In this document: positions 49,808 to 64,000 of the stretch, in pieces
How the letters are laid out: every line of letters starts with the position of its first letter
Position numbering within the stretch: the first letter of the stretch is position 1
Sequence record: PV245934.1
DNA: 64,000 nt
Reading direction: 5' to 3' (one strand)
Origin: Escherichia phage sutha
Position numbers and translations under genes: made by a program
The notes under the pieces: model-generated
What the model was told of the DNA's origin: nothing
Database searches by the model: none
The model's input: the letters and a program-made list of their open reading frames with translations, nothing else

Positions 49808-50674
49808 ATGTTCATTCAAGAACCAAAGAAATTGATTGATACCGGCGAAATTGGTAACGCTTCTACTGGTGATATCTTATTCGACGGTGGTAATAAAATT
49901 AATAGTGATTTTAACGCAATTTATAATGCGTTTGGCGATCAACGTAAAATGGCAGTAGCAAATGGAACTGGAGCAGATGGCCAAATTATCCATGCTACTG
50001 GATATTATCAAAAACACTCTATTGCAGAGTACGCAACTCCAGTAAAAGTTGGCACTAGGCACGATATTGATACTTCTACTGTAGGTGTTAAAGTTATCAT
50101 TGAAAGAGGCGAACTTGGCGACTGTGTTGAATTTATTAACTCAAATGGATCAATATCAGTTACTAATCCTTTAACAATTCAAGCCATTGATTCAATTAAA
50201 GGTGTTTCAGGTAATTTAGTAGTAACTAGGCCATATAGTAAAGTAACTTTACGTTGTATTTCATCTGATAATTCTACATCGGTTTGGAATTATTCTATTG
50301 AAAGCATGTTTGGACAAAAGGAATCACCAGCTGAAGGTACATGGAATATTTCTACATCTGGATCAGTTGATATTCCACTATTTCATCGTACTGAATACAA
50401 TATGGCTAAATTGTTAGTTACGTGCCAATCAGTAGATGGAAGAAAAATTAAAACAGCAGAAATAAATATTCTTGTGGATACTGTTAATTCAGAGGTCATT
50501 TCTTCTGAATATGCTGTCATGCGAGTTGGGAATGAAACCGAAGAAGACGAAATCGCTAATATTGCATTTAGTATTAAAGAAAATTATGTAACGGCGACTA
50601 TAAGTTCTTCAACTGTCGGTATGAGAGCAGCAGTTAAAGTTATCGCTACGCAGAAAATCGGGGTGGCTCAATAA
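49808..50674 (+). CDS. 9: baseplate protein gp9 (long tail fiber socket)
   Basis: 288 aa; late promoter upstream. Confidence 0.9.
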   Translation: MFIQEPKKLIDTGEIGNASTGDILFDGGNKINSDFNAIYNAFGDQRKMAVANGTGADGQIIHATGYYQKHSIAEYATPVKVGTRHDIDTSTVGVKVIIERGELGDCVEFINSNGSISVTNPLTIQAIDSIKGVSGNLVVTRPYSKVTLRCISSDNSTSVWNYSIESMFGQKESPAEGTWNISTSGSVDIPLFHRTEYNMAKLLVTCQSVDGRKIKTAEINILVDTVNSEVISSEYAVMRVGNETEEDEIANIAFSIKENYVTATISSSTVGMRAAVKVIATQKIGVAQ

Positions 50675-52482
50675 TGAAACAAAATATTAATATCGGTAAT
50701 GTTGTAGATGATGGTACCGGTGACTACCTGCGTAAAGGTGGTATAAAAATAAATGAAAACTTTGATGAGCTTTATTATGAACTCGGTGATGGTGATGTTC
50801 CATATTCAGCCGGTGCCTGGAAAACTTATAATGCTTCATCAGGACAAACATTAACAGCAGAATGGGGAAAATCATACGCTATTAATACCTCTTCTGGAAG
50901 AGTGACTATAAATCTTCCAAAAGGAACTGTCAATGATTACAACAAGGTAATTAGAGCTAGAGACGTATTTGCTACATGGAACGTTAACCCAGTTACATTA
51001 GTAGCTGCTTCTGGTGATACGATTAAAGGGTCTGCAGTACCAGTTGAAATTAATGTTCAATTCAGTGATTTGGAATTAGTGTATTGCGCTCCAGGACGTT
51101 GGGAATATGTCAAAAATAAGCAAATTGACAAAATTACCAGTTCAGACATTAGTAATGTAGCTCGTAAAGAATTTTTAGTCGAAGTCCAAGGACAAACAGA
51201 CTTTTTAGATGTTTTCCGTGGAACTAGCTATAATGTAAATAACATCAGAGTAAAACATCGCGGTAACGAATTGTATTACGGTGATGTGTTTAGCGAAAAC
51301 AGCGATTTTGGCTCTCCGGGTGAAAATGAAGGAGAGCTAGTTCCTCTTGATGGATTTAATATTCGATTAAGACAGCCTTGTAATATTGGTGACACTGTTC
51401 AAATTGAAACATTTATGGATGGTGTATCGCAGTGGAGAAGTTCATATACAAGACGTCAAATTAGATTGTTAGATTCAAAATTAACGTCAAAAACTTCTTT
51501 AGAAGGAAGCATTTACGTTACTGATTTATCAACAATGAAATCAATTCCATTTTCTGCTTTTGGATTAATTCCAGGAGAACCTATTAATCCTAACTCTCTT
51601 GAGGTTCGTTTTAACGGGATTTTACAGGAATTGGCTGGCACAGTTGGAATGCCATTATTTCATTGCGTTGGTGCCGATTCAGACGATGAAGTAGAATGCT
51701 CTGTTTTAGGTGGAACTTGGGAACAATCTCATACCGATTATTCAGTTGAAACTGATGAAAATGGCATACCAGAAATTTTACATTTCGATAGAGTATTTGA
51801 GCATGGCGACATTATCAATATCACCTGGTTTAATAATGATTTAGGCACATTATTAACAAAAGATGAGATTATTGATGAAACTGATAATCTCTATGTATCG
51901 CAAGGACCAGGAGTAGATATTTCCGGTGATGTAAATTTAACAGACTTCGATAAAATTGGTTGGCCAAATGTAGAAGCAGTTCAATCTTATCAACGCGAAT
52001 TTAACGCTGTTTCAAATATCTTTGATACGATTTATCCTATTGGAACTATATATGAAAACGCTGTTAATCCAAATAACCCTGTTACATATATGGGATTCGG
52101 CTCATGGAAATTATTTGGGCAAGGAAAAGTTTTAGTTGGATGGAATGAAGATATTTCGGACCCTAACTTTGCTCTAAATAACAACGATTTAGATTCGGGT
52201 GGAAATCCTTCACATACTGCGGGCGGAACAGGTGGTTCTACTTCTGTTACATTGGAAAATGCTAATCTTCCTGCAACTGAAACAGATGAAGAAGTTCTAA
52301 TAGTTGATGAAAATGGATCAGTCATTGTTGGTGGGTGTCAATACGATCCAGATGAATCCGGTCCAATTTACACTAAATACCGTGAAGCTAAAGCATCTAC
52401 TAACTCTACTCACACTCCGCCAACATCAATAACTAACATTCAACCATATATTACAGTTTATCGTTGGATAAGGATTGCATAA
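50674..52482 (+). CDS. 10: baseplate wedge protein gp10
   Basis: 602 aa. Confidence 0.9.
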   Translation: MKQNINIGNVVDDGTGDYLRKGGIKINENFDELYYELGDGDVPYSAGAWKTYNASSGQTLTAEWGKSYAINTSSGRVTINLPKGTVNDYNKVIRARDVFATWNVNPVTLVAASGDTIKGSAVPVEINVQFSDLELVYCAPGRWEYVKNKQIDKITSSDISNVARKEFLVEVQGQTDFLDVFRGTSYNVNNIRVKHRGNELYYGDVFSENSDFGSPGENEGELVPLDGFNIRLRQPCNIGDTVQIETFMDGVSQWRSSYTRRQIRLLDSKLTSKTSLEGSIYVTDLSTMKSIPFSAFGLIPGEPINPNSLEVRFNGILQELAGTVGMPLFHCVGADSDDEVECSVLGGTWEQSHTDYSVETDENGIPEILHFDRVFEHGDIINITWFNNDLGTLLTKDEIIDETDNLYVSQGPGVDISGDVNLTDFDKIGWPNVEAVQSYQREFNAVSNIFDTIYPIGTIYENAVNPNNPVTYMGFGSWKLFGQGKVLVGWNEDISDPNFALNNNDLDSGGNPSHTAGGTGGSTSVTLENANLPATETDEEVLIVDENGSVIVGGCQYDPDESGPIYTKYREAKASTNSTHTPPTSITNIQPYITVYRWIRIA

Positions 52483-53141
52483 TGAGTTTACTTAATAATA
52501 AAGCGGGAGTTATTTCCCGCTTAGCCGATTTTCTTGGTTTTAGACCTAAAACTGGCGACATCGATGTAATGAATCGTCAATCAGTTGGGTCAGTGACAAT
52601 TTCTCAATTAGCGAAAGGATTTTATGAACCAAACGTAGAATCAGCTATTAATGATGTTCATAATTTTTCTATAAAAGACGTTGGTACAATTATTACTAAT
52701 AAAACTGGTGTTTCTCCTGAGGGTGTTTCTCAAACTGATTATTGGGCATTTTCAGGAACTGTGACAGATGATTCGCTTCCTCCTGGTTCTCCTGTTACTG
52801 TATTAGTATTCGGTCTTCCAGTTTCAGCAACAACCGGAATGACAGCTATTGAGTTTGTCGCCAAAGTTCGTGTTGCCTTGCAAGAAGCTATTGCGTCATT
52901 TACTGCTATCAATTCATATAAAGACCATCCAACCGATGGTAGTAAATTAGAAGTTACTTATTTAGATAATCAAAAACATGTATTAAGCACATATTCTACA
53001 TATGGAATAACTATTTCCCAAGAAATTATTTCCGAATCTAAGCCTGGATATGGCACATGGAATTTGCTTGGTGCACAAACTGTAACTTTAGATAATCAGC
53101 AAACTCCAATAGTACTTTATCATTTTGAGAGAACAGCATGA
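52482..53141 (+). CDS. 11: baseplate protein gp11 (short tail fiber attachment)
   Basis: 219 aa from ATG overlapping the gp10 stop (TAATG). Confidence 0.85.
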   Translation: MSLLNNKAGVISRLADFLGFRPKTGDIDVMNRQSVGSVTISQLAKGFYEPNVESAINDVHNFSIKDVGTIITNKTGVSPEGVSQTDYWAFSGTVTDDSLPPGSPVTVLVFGLPVSATTGMTAIEFVAKVRVALQEAIASFTAINSYKDHPTDGSKLEVTYLDNQKHVLSTYSTYGITISQEIISESKPGYGTWNLLGAQTVTLDNQQTPIVLYHFERTA

Positions 53142-54721
53142 GTAATAATACATATCAACACGTTTCTAATGAATCTCGCTATGTAAAATTTGATCCAACT
53201 GGCACAAATTTTCCGGCAGAGATTACTGATGTTCAGGCTGCTATAGCAGCCATTTCTCCTGCTGGTGTAAATGGAGTTCCTGATGCATCATCAACAACAA
53301 AAGGAATTTTATTTCTTGCCACTGAACAGGAAGTTATCGACGGAACTGATAATACCAAAGCAGTTACACCAGCAACGTTGGCAACAAGATTATCTTATCC
53401 AAACGCAACTGAAACTGTTTACGGATTAACAAGATATTCAACCAATGATGAAGCGATTGCCGGAGTTAATAATGAATCTTCTATAACTCCTGCTAAATTT
53501 ACTGTTGCCCTTAATAATGCCTTTGAAACTCGTGTTTCAACTGAATCAAAGAATGGAGTTATTAAAATTTCATCTCTACCGCAAGCATTAGCTGGCGCAG
53601 ATGATACTACTGCAATGACTCCATTAAAAACGCAGCAGTTAGCTATTAAACTAATTGCGCAAATCGCTCCTTCTGAATCCACAGCTACCGAATCGGCCCA
53701 AGGTGTTGTTCAATTAGCGACAGTAGCTCAAGTTCGTCAAGGAACTTTAAGAGAAGGCTATGCAATTTCTCCTTATACGTTCATGAATTCTACTGCTACT
53801 GAAGAATATAAAGGCGTAATTAAATTAGGAACACAATCAGAAGTTAACTCGAATAATGCTTCTGTTGCGGTTACTGGTGCAACTCTTAATGGTCGTGGTT
53901 CTACAACGTCAATGAGAGGCGTAGTTAAATTAACTACAACTGCCGGCTCACAGAGTGGAGGCGATGCTTCATCAGCATTAGCTTGGAATGCTGATGTTAT
54001 CCACCAAAGAGGTGGTCAAACGATTAATGGAACACTTCGCATTAATAATACGCTTACAATAGCTTCAGGTGGAGCAAATATTACCGGAACAGTTAACATG
54101 ACCGGTGGTTATATTCAAGGTAAGCGTGTTGTAACACAGAATGAAATAGATAGAACTATTCCTGTTGGAGCTATTATGATGTGGGCGGCAGATAGTCTTC
54201 CTAGTGATGCTTGGCGCTTCTGTCATGGCGGAACTGTTTCAGCATCAGATTGTCCGTTATATGCTTCTAGAATTGGAACAAGATACGGCGGAAGCTCATC
54301 AAATCCTGGATTACCTGATATGCGTGGCCTTTTTGTTCGCGGCTCTGGTCGCGGCTCTCACTTAACAAATCCAAATGTTAATGGTAATGACCAATTTGGT
54401 AAGCCTAGATTAGGTGTAGGTTGTACTGGTGGATATGTTGGCGAAGTGCAAAAACAGCAGATGTCTTATCATAAACACGCTGGCGGATTTGGTGAATGGG
54501 ATGATTCTGGAGCATTCGGTAATACCCGTAGATCAAATTTTGTTGGTACACGTAAAGGACTTGACTGGGATAACCGTTCATACTTCACCAATGATGGATA
54601 TGAAATTGACCCAGCATCACAACGAAATTCTAGATACACACTAAATCGTCCTGAATTAATTGGAAATGAAACACGTCCATGGAACATTTCTTTAAACTAC
54701 ATAATTAAGGTAAAAGAATGA
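53138..54721 (+). CDS. 12: short tail fiber gp12
   Basis: 527 aa. Confidence 0.9.
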   Translation: MSNNTYQHVSNESRYVKFDPTGTNFPAEITDVQAAIAAISPAGVNGVPDASSTTKGILFLATEQEVIDGTDNTKAVTPATLATRLSYPNATETVYGLTRYSTNDEAIAGVNNESSITPAKFTVALNNAFETRVSTESKNGVIKISSLPQALAGADDTTAMTPLKTQQLAIKLIAQIAPSESTATESAQGVVQLATVAQVRQGTLREGYAISPYTFMNSTATEEYKGVIKLGTQSEVNSNNASVAVTGATLNGRGSTTSMRGVVKLTTTAGSQSGGDASSALAWNADVIHQRGGQTINGTLRINNTLTIASGGANITGTVNMTGGYIQGKRVVTQNEIDRTIPVGAIMMWAADSLPSDAWRFCHGGTVSASDCPLYASRIGTRYGGSSSNPGLPDMRGLFVRGSGRGSHLTNPNVNGNDQFGKPRLGVGCTGGYVGEVQKQQMSYHKHAGGFGEWDDSGAFGNTRRSNFVGTRKGLDWDNRSYFTNDGYEIDPASQRNSRYTLNRPELIGNETRPWNISLNYIIKVKE

Positions 54722-56181
54722 CAGATATTGTACTGAATGACTTACCATTCGTTGACGGCCCTCCTGCAGAGGGCCAGAGCCGCATTTCCTGGATTAAAAA
54801 CGGCGAAGAAATATTAGGAGCTGACACACAATATGGAAGTGAAGGCTCAATGAATAGACCTACAGTTTCTGTACTAAGAAATGTTGAAGTTCTTGATAAA
54901 AACATTGGAATACTTAAAACATCTTTAGAAACCGCAAATAGTGATATTAAAACAATTCAGGGCATCTTAGATGTATCTGGTGATATTGAAGCTTTGGCCC
55001 AAATAAGTATCAATAAAAAGGATATTTCTGACCTTAAAACGCTAACCAGTGAACATACAGAAATATTAAATGGAACTAATAGTACAGTTGACAGCATTCT
55101 TGCTGATATTGGTCCATTTAACTCCGAGGCTAACTCTGTATACAGAACGATCAGAAATGATTTACTGTGGATAAAGCGTGAACTTGGACAATACACAGGC
55201 CAAGATATTAATGGTCTTCCTGTTGTAGGAAATCCTAGCACAGGAATGAAGCATCGCATTATTAATAATACTGATGTCATCACTTCACAGGGAATACGTT
55301 TAAGCGAATTAGAAACAAAATTTATTGAATCTGATGTAGGTTCTTTAACTATTGAAGTTGGTAATCTTCGCGAAGAGCTTGGACCTAAACCACCGTCATT
55401 TTCACAAAATATCTACAGTCGTTTAAATGAAATTGACACTAAACAGACAACAGTTGAGTCTGACATTAGTGCTATTAAGACCTCAATAGGATATCCAGGA
55501 AATAATTCGATTATCACGAGTGTTAATACAAACACTGATAATATTGCATCTATTAATTTAGAGCTAAATCAAAGTGGAGGTATTAAACAGCGTTTAACCG
55601 TTATTGAAACTTCTATTGGTTCAGATGATATTCCTTCGAGTATTAAAGGCCAAATCAAAGATAATACAACTTCAATCGAAGCTCTAAATGGAATCGTCGG
55701 TGAAAACACTTCATCTGGTTTAAGAGCGAATGTTTCGTGGTTAAACCAAATTGTTGGAACTGATTCTAGCGGTGGACAACCTTCTCCTCCTGGGTCTCTT
55801 TTAAACCGAGTTTCTACAATTGAAACTTCTGTTTCAAGCTTGAACAACGATGTTCAGAACCTACAAGTAGAGATTGGTAATAACAGCACAGGAATTAAAG
55901 GGCAAGTTGTAGCGTTAAATACTTTAGTAAATGGAACTAATCCAAACGGTTCAACTGTCGAAGAACGTGGATTAACCAATTCAATAAAAGCTAACGAAAC
56001 CAACATTGCATCAGTTACACAAGAAGTGAATACAGCCAAAGGTAGTATATCTTCTCTGCAAGGTGATGTTCAAGCTCTACAAGAAGCAGGTTATATTCCT
56101 GAAGCTCCAAAAGATGGTCAAGCTTACGTTCGTAAAGACGGCGAATGGGTATTACTTTCTACCTTTTTATCACCAGCATAA
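54718..56181 (+). CDS. wac: fibritin (whiskers)
   Basis: 487 aa; C-terminal foldon [27 protein letters not shown]. Confidence 0.95.
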   Translation: MTDIVLNDLPFVDGPPAEGQSRISWIKNGEEILGADTQYGSEGSMNRPTVSVLRNVEVLDKNIGILKTSLETANSDIKTIQGILDVSGDIEALAQISINKKDISDLKTLTSEHTEILNGTNSTVDSILADIGPFNSEANSVYRTIRNDLLWIKRELGQYTGQDINGLPVVGNPSTGMKHRIINNTDVITSQGIRLSELETKFIESDVGSLTIEVGNLREELGPKPPSFSQNIYSRLNEIDTKQTTVESDISAIKTSIGYPGNNSIITSVNTNTDNIASINLELNQSGGIKQRLTVIETSIGSDDIPSSIKGQIKDNTTSIEALNGIVGENTSSGLRANVSWLNQIVGTDSSGGQPSPPGSLLNRVSTIETSVSSLNNDVQNLQVEIGNNSTGIKGQVVALNTLVNGTNPNGSTVEERGLTNSIKANETNIASVTQEVNTAKGSISSLQGDVQALQEAGYIPEAPKDGQAYVRKDGEWVLLSTFLSPA

Positions 56182-56184
56182 CAT

Positions 56185-56211
56185 GGGGCCGCAAGGCCCC
56201 AAAGGATTTTT
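56185..56211 (+). terminator. terminator-like hairpin after wac
   Basis: Hairpin ggggcc-gcaa-ggcccc, T-run a few nt downstream. Confidence 0.5.
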
Positions 56212-56213
56212 AA

Positions 56214-58724
<2,511 letters not shown>

Positions 58725-58765
58725 TAAATATTATAAACTAATTAAAGCCCAGATTAGGAGAAATC

Positions 58766-61903
<3,138 letters not shown>

Positions 61904-61934
61904 ATATATTAAAGCATATTAAAGAGGATTAAAA

Positions 61935-63914
61935 ATGACTTTATTATCTCCGGGCATTGAGCTCAAAGAAACTACGGTTCAAAGCACCGTGGTTAATAAC
62001 TCTACTGGTACAGCAGCTCTGGCCGGTAAATTCCAGTGGGGTCCTGCTTTTCAAATTAAACAGGTTACAAATGAAGTAGATTTAGTTAATACTTTTGGTC
62101 AACCTACAGCTGAAACTGCTGACTATTTTATGTCTGCAATGAATTTCTTACAATACGGAAATGATTTACGAGTTGTGCGTGCTGTCGATAGAGATACCGC
62201 TAAAAACTCATCTCCGATTGCCGGTAATATTGAATACACTATTTCTACCCCAGGTAGTAACTACGCGGTTGGAGATAAAATCACGGTTAAGTATGTTTCA
62301 GAAGACATTGAAACAGAATGTAAAGTTACCGAAGTAGATGCTGATGGAAAAATTAAGAAAATTAATATTCCTACCGCAAAAATTATCGCTAAAGCGAAAG
62401 AAGTAGGCGAATATCCAGCATTAGGTTCTAACTGGACCGCGGAAATTTCTTCGTCTTCCTCTGGTTTAGCTGCAGTAATAACTCTTGGAAAAATTATTAC
62501 TGATTCTGGTATTTTATTAGCTGAAATTGAAAATGCCGAAGCTGCTATGACAGCTGTTGACTTTCAAGCAAATCTCGAAAAATATGGAATTCCAGGAGTA
62601 GTAGCTCTTTATCCAGGCGAGTTGGGCGATAAAATCGAAATTGAAATCGTATCTAAAGCTGACTACGCAAAAGGTGCTTCTGCATTACTTCCAATTTATC
62701 CAGGCGGCGGCACACGCGCATCTACTGCCAAAGCAGTGTTTGGATACGGACCACAAACTGATTCACAATACGCTATTATAGTTCGTCGCAATGATGCTAT
62801 TGTTCAAAGCGTTGTTCTTTCAACGAAGCGTGGTGAAAAAGATATTTACGATAGTAACATCTATATTGATGACTTTTTCGCAAAAGGTGGTTCAGAATAT
62901 ATTTTTGCAACTGCACAAAACTGGCCAGAAGGCTTCTCTGGAATTTTAACTCTGTCTGGTGGATTATCGTCAAATGCTGAAGTAACAGCAGGAGATTTGA
63001 TGGAAGCTTGGGACTTCTTTGCTGACCGTGAATCTGTTGATGTTCAGTTGTTTATTGCGGGTTCTTGCGCCGGCGAATCTTTAGAAACAGCATCTACTGT
63101 CCAAAAACACGTCGTCTCAATTGGGGATGCTCGCCAGGATTGCTTAGTACTGTGCTCTCCACCGCGTGAAACTGTAGTTGGAATTCCTGTAACTCGTGCT
63201 GTTGATAACTTAGTCAACTGGAGAACTGCAGCAGGTTCATACACTGATAATAACTTTAATATCAGTTCAACCTACGCAGCAATTGATGGTAACTACAAGT
63301 ATCAGTATGACAAATATAATGATGTGAATCGTTGGGTTCCATTAGCAGCTGATATTGCTGGTTTGTGTGCAAGAACTGATAACGTTTCTCAGACTTGGAT
63401 GTCTCCAGCTGGTTATAATCGTGGCCAGATTCTTAACGTTATTAAACTTGCTATTGAAACTCGCCAGGCGCAGCGCGACCGTTTATACCAAGAAGCTATC
63501 AACCCAGTAACTGGTACAGGTGGTGATGGTTACGTATTGTATGGTGATAAAACAGCTACTTCTGTTCCTTCTCCATTTGATCGTATTAACGTTCGTCGTC
63601 TGTTTAATATGTTAAAAACGAATATCGGACGTAGTTCAAAATATCGTTTGTTCGAATTAAACAACGCGTTTACTCGTTCATCGTTCCGCACAGAAACTTC
63701 CCAGTACTTGCAGGGAATTAAAGCTCTCGGTGGAATTTATGAATATCGTGTAGTTTGCGATACAACAAATAACACTCCATCAGTAATTGATAGAAATGAG
63801 TTTGTTGCAACATTCTACATTCAACCGGCTAGAAGCATTAACTACATTACCTTAAACTTCGTAGCAACTGCTACTGGTGCAGATTTCGATGAGTTAACTG
63901 GTCTTGCAGGTTAA
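61935..63914 (+). CDS. 18: tail sheath protein gp18
   Basis: 659 aa MTLLSPGIELKETTVQSTVVNN..., near-identical to recalled T4 gp18. Confidence 0.97.
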   Translation: MTLLSPGIELKETTVQSTVVNNSTGTAALAGKFQWGPAFQIKQVTNEVDLVNTFGQPTAETADYFMSAMNFLQYGNDLRVVRAVDRDTAKNSSPIAGNIEYTISTPGSNYAVGDKITVKYVSEDIETECKVTEVDADGKIKKINIPTAKIIAKAKEVGEYPALGSNWTAEISSSSSGLAAVITLGKIITDSGILLAEIENAEAAMTAVDFQANLEKYGIPGVVALYPGELGDKIEIEIVSKADYAKGASALLPIYPGGGTRASTAKAVFGYGPQTDSQYAIIVRRNDAIVQSVVLSTKRGEKDIYDSNIYIDDFFAKGGSEYIFATAQNWPEGFSGILTLSGGLSSNAEVTAGDLMEAWDFFADRESVDVQLFIAGSCAGESLETASTVQKHVVSIGDARQDCLVLCSPPRETVVGIPVTRAVDNLVNWRTAAGSYTDNNFNISSTYAAIDGNYKYQYDKYNDVNRWVPLAADIAGLCARTDNVSQTWMSPAGYNRGQILNVIKLAIETRQAQRDRLYQEAINPVTGTGGDGYVLYGDKTATSVPSPFDRINVRRLFNMLKTNIGRSSKYRLFELNNAFTRSSFRTETSQYLQGIKALGGIYEYRVVCDTTNNTPSVIDRNEFVATFYIQPARSINYITLNFVATATGADFDELTGLAG

Positions 63915-63930
63915 TACGGTGCATTCTAAA

Positions 63931-63948
63931 GGCCTGTTTCGGCAGGCC
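63931..63948 (+). terminator. hairpin after gene 18
   Basis: ggcctg-tttcgg-caggcc stem-loop after the gp18 stop; no strong T-run. Confidence 0.4.
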
Positions 63949-63949
63949 A

Positions 63950-63957
63950 TATAAATA
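63950..63957 (+). promoter_or_regulatory. late promoter (TATAAATA) downstream of gene 18
   Basis: Exact TATAAATA right after the post-gp18 hairpin; presumably drives the next late gene beyond the window. Confidence 0.55.
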
Positions 63958-64000
63958 CACTATATCCTTAATTCTTTAATTCTATATGCCCTAGGTTAAA

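Overview
This window reads as a T4-like (Tevenvirinae) phage segment, very close to but not identical to T4 as I recall it (lysozyme e differs at about two residues; gp18, wac and gp49 are near-identical). Positions 1-39.2 kb are minus-strand early/middle genes: 55, nrdG, nrdD, 49, nrdC, a variable block of unknown genes, rI, tk, regB-like, a GrcA-like glycyl-radical protein, internal proteins, lysozyme e, nudE, a 10-tRNA array, 57B (Acb1), 57A and genes 1, 3, 2, 4. Positions 39.3-64 kb are plus-strand late baseplate/tail/packaging genes: 53, 5, 6-12, wac, 13-18. Early promoters (GTTTAC -35) recur on the minus strand and TATAAATA late promoters precede late genes. The main oddities are a 678-aa unrecognised ORF between gp5 and gp6 with a gp5 C-terminus that differs from my recollection of T4, a frame-split GIY-YIG endonuclease between nrdD and nrdG, an HNH endonuclease between genes 13 and 14, four tandem paralogs near nrdC, a macrodomain gene, and an internal-protein cassette flanked by identical 30-bp terminator repeats. 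All homology statements are from memory and motif reading, not database searches. The ORF track appears to use TTG/GTG starts, so several N-termini are over-extended. Hand-derived coordinates (tRNAs, promoters, terminators, repeats) may be off by 1-2 nt.
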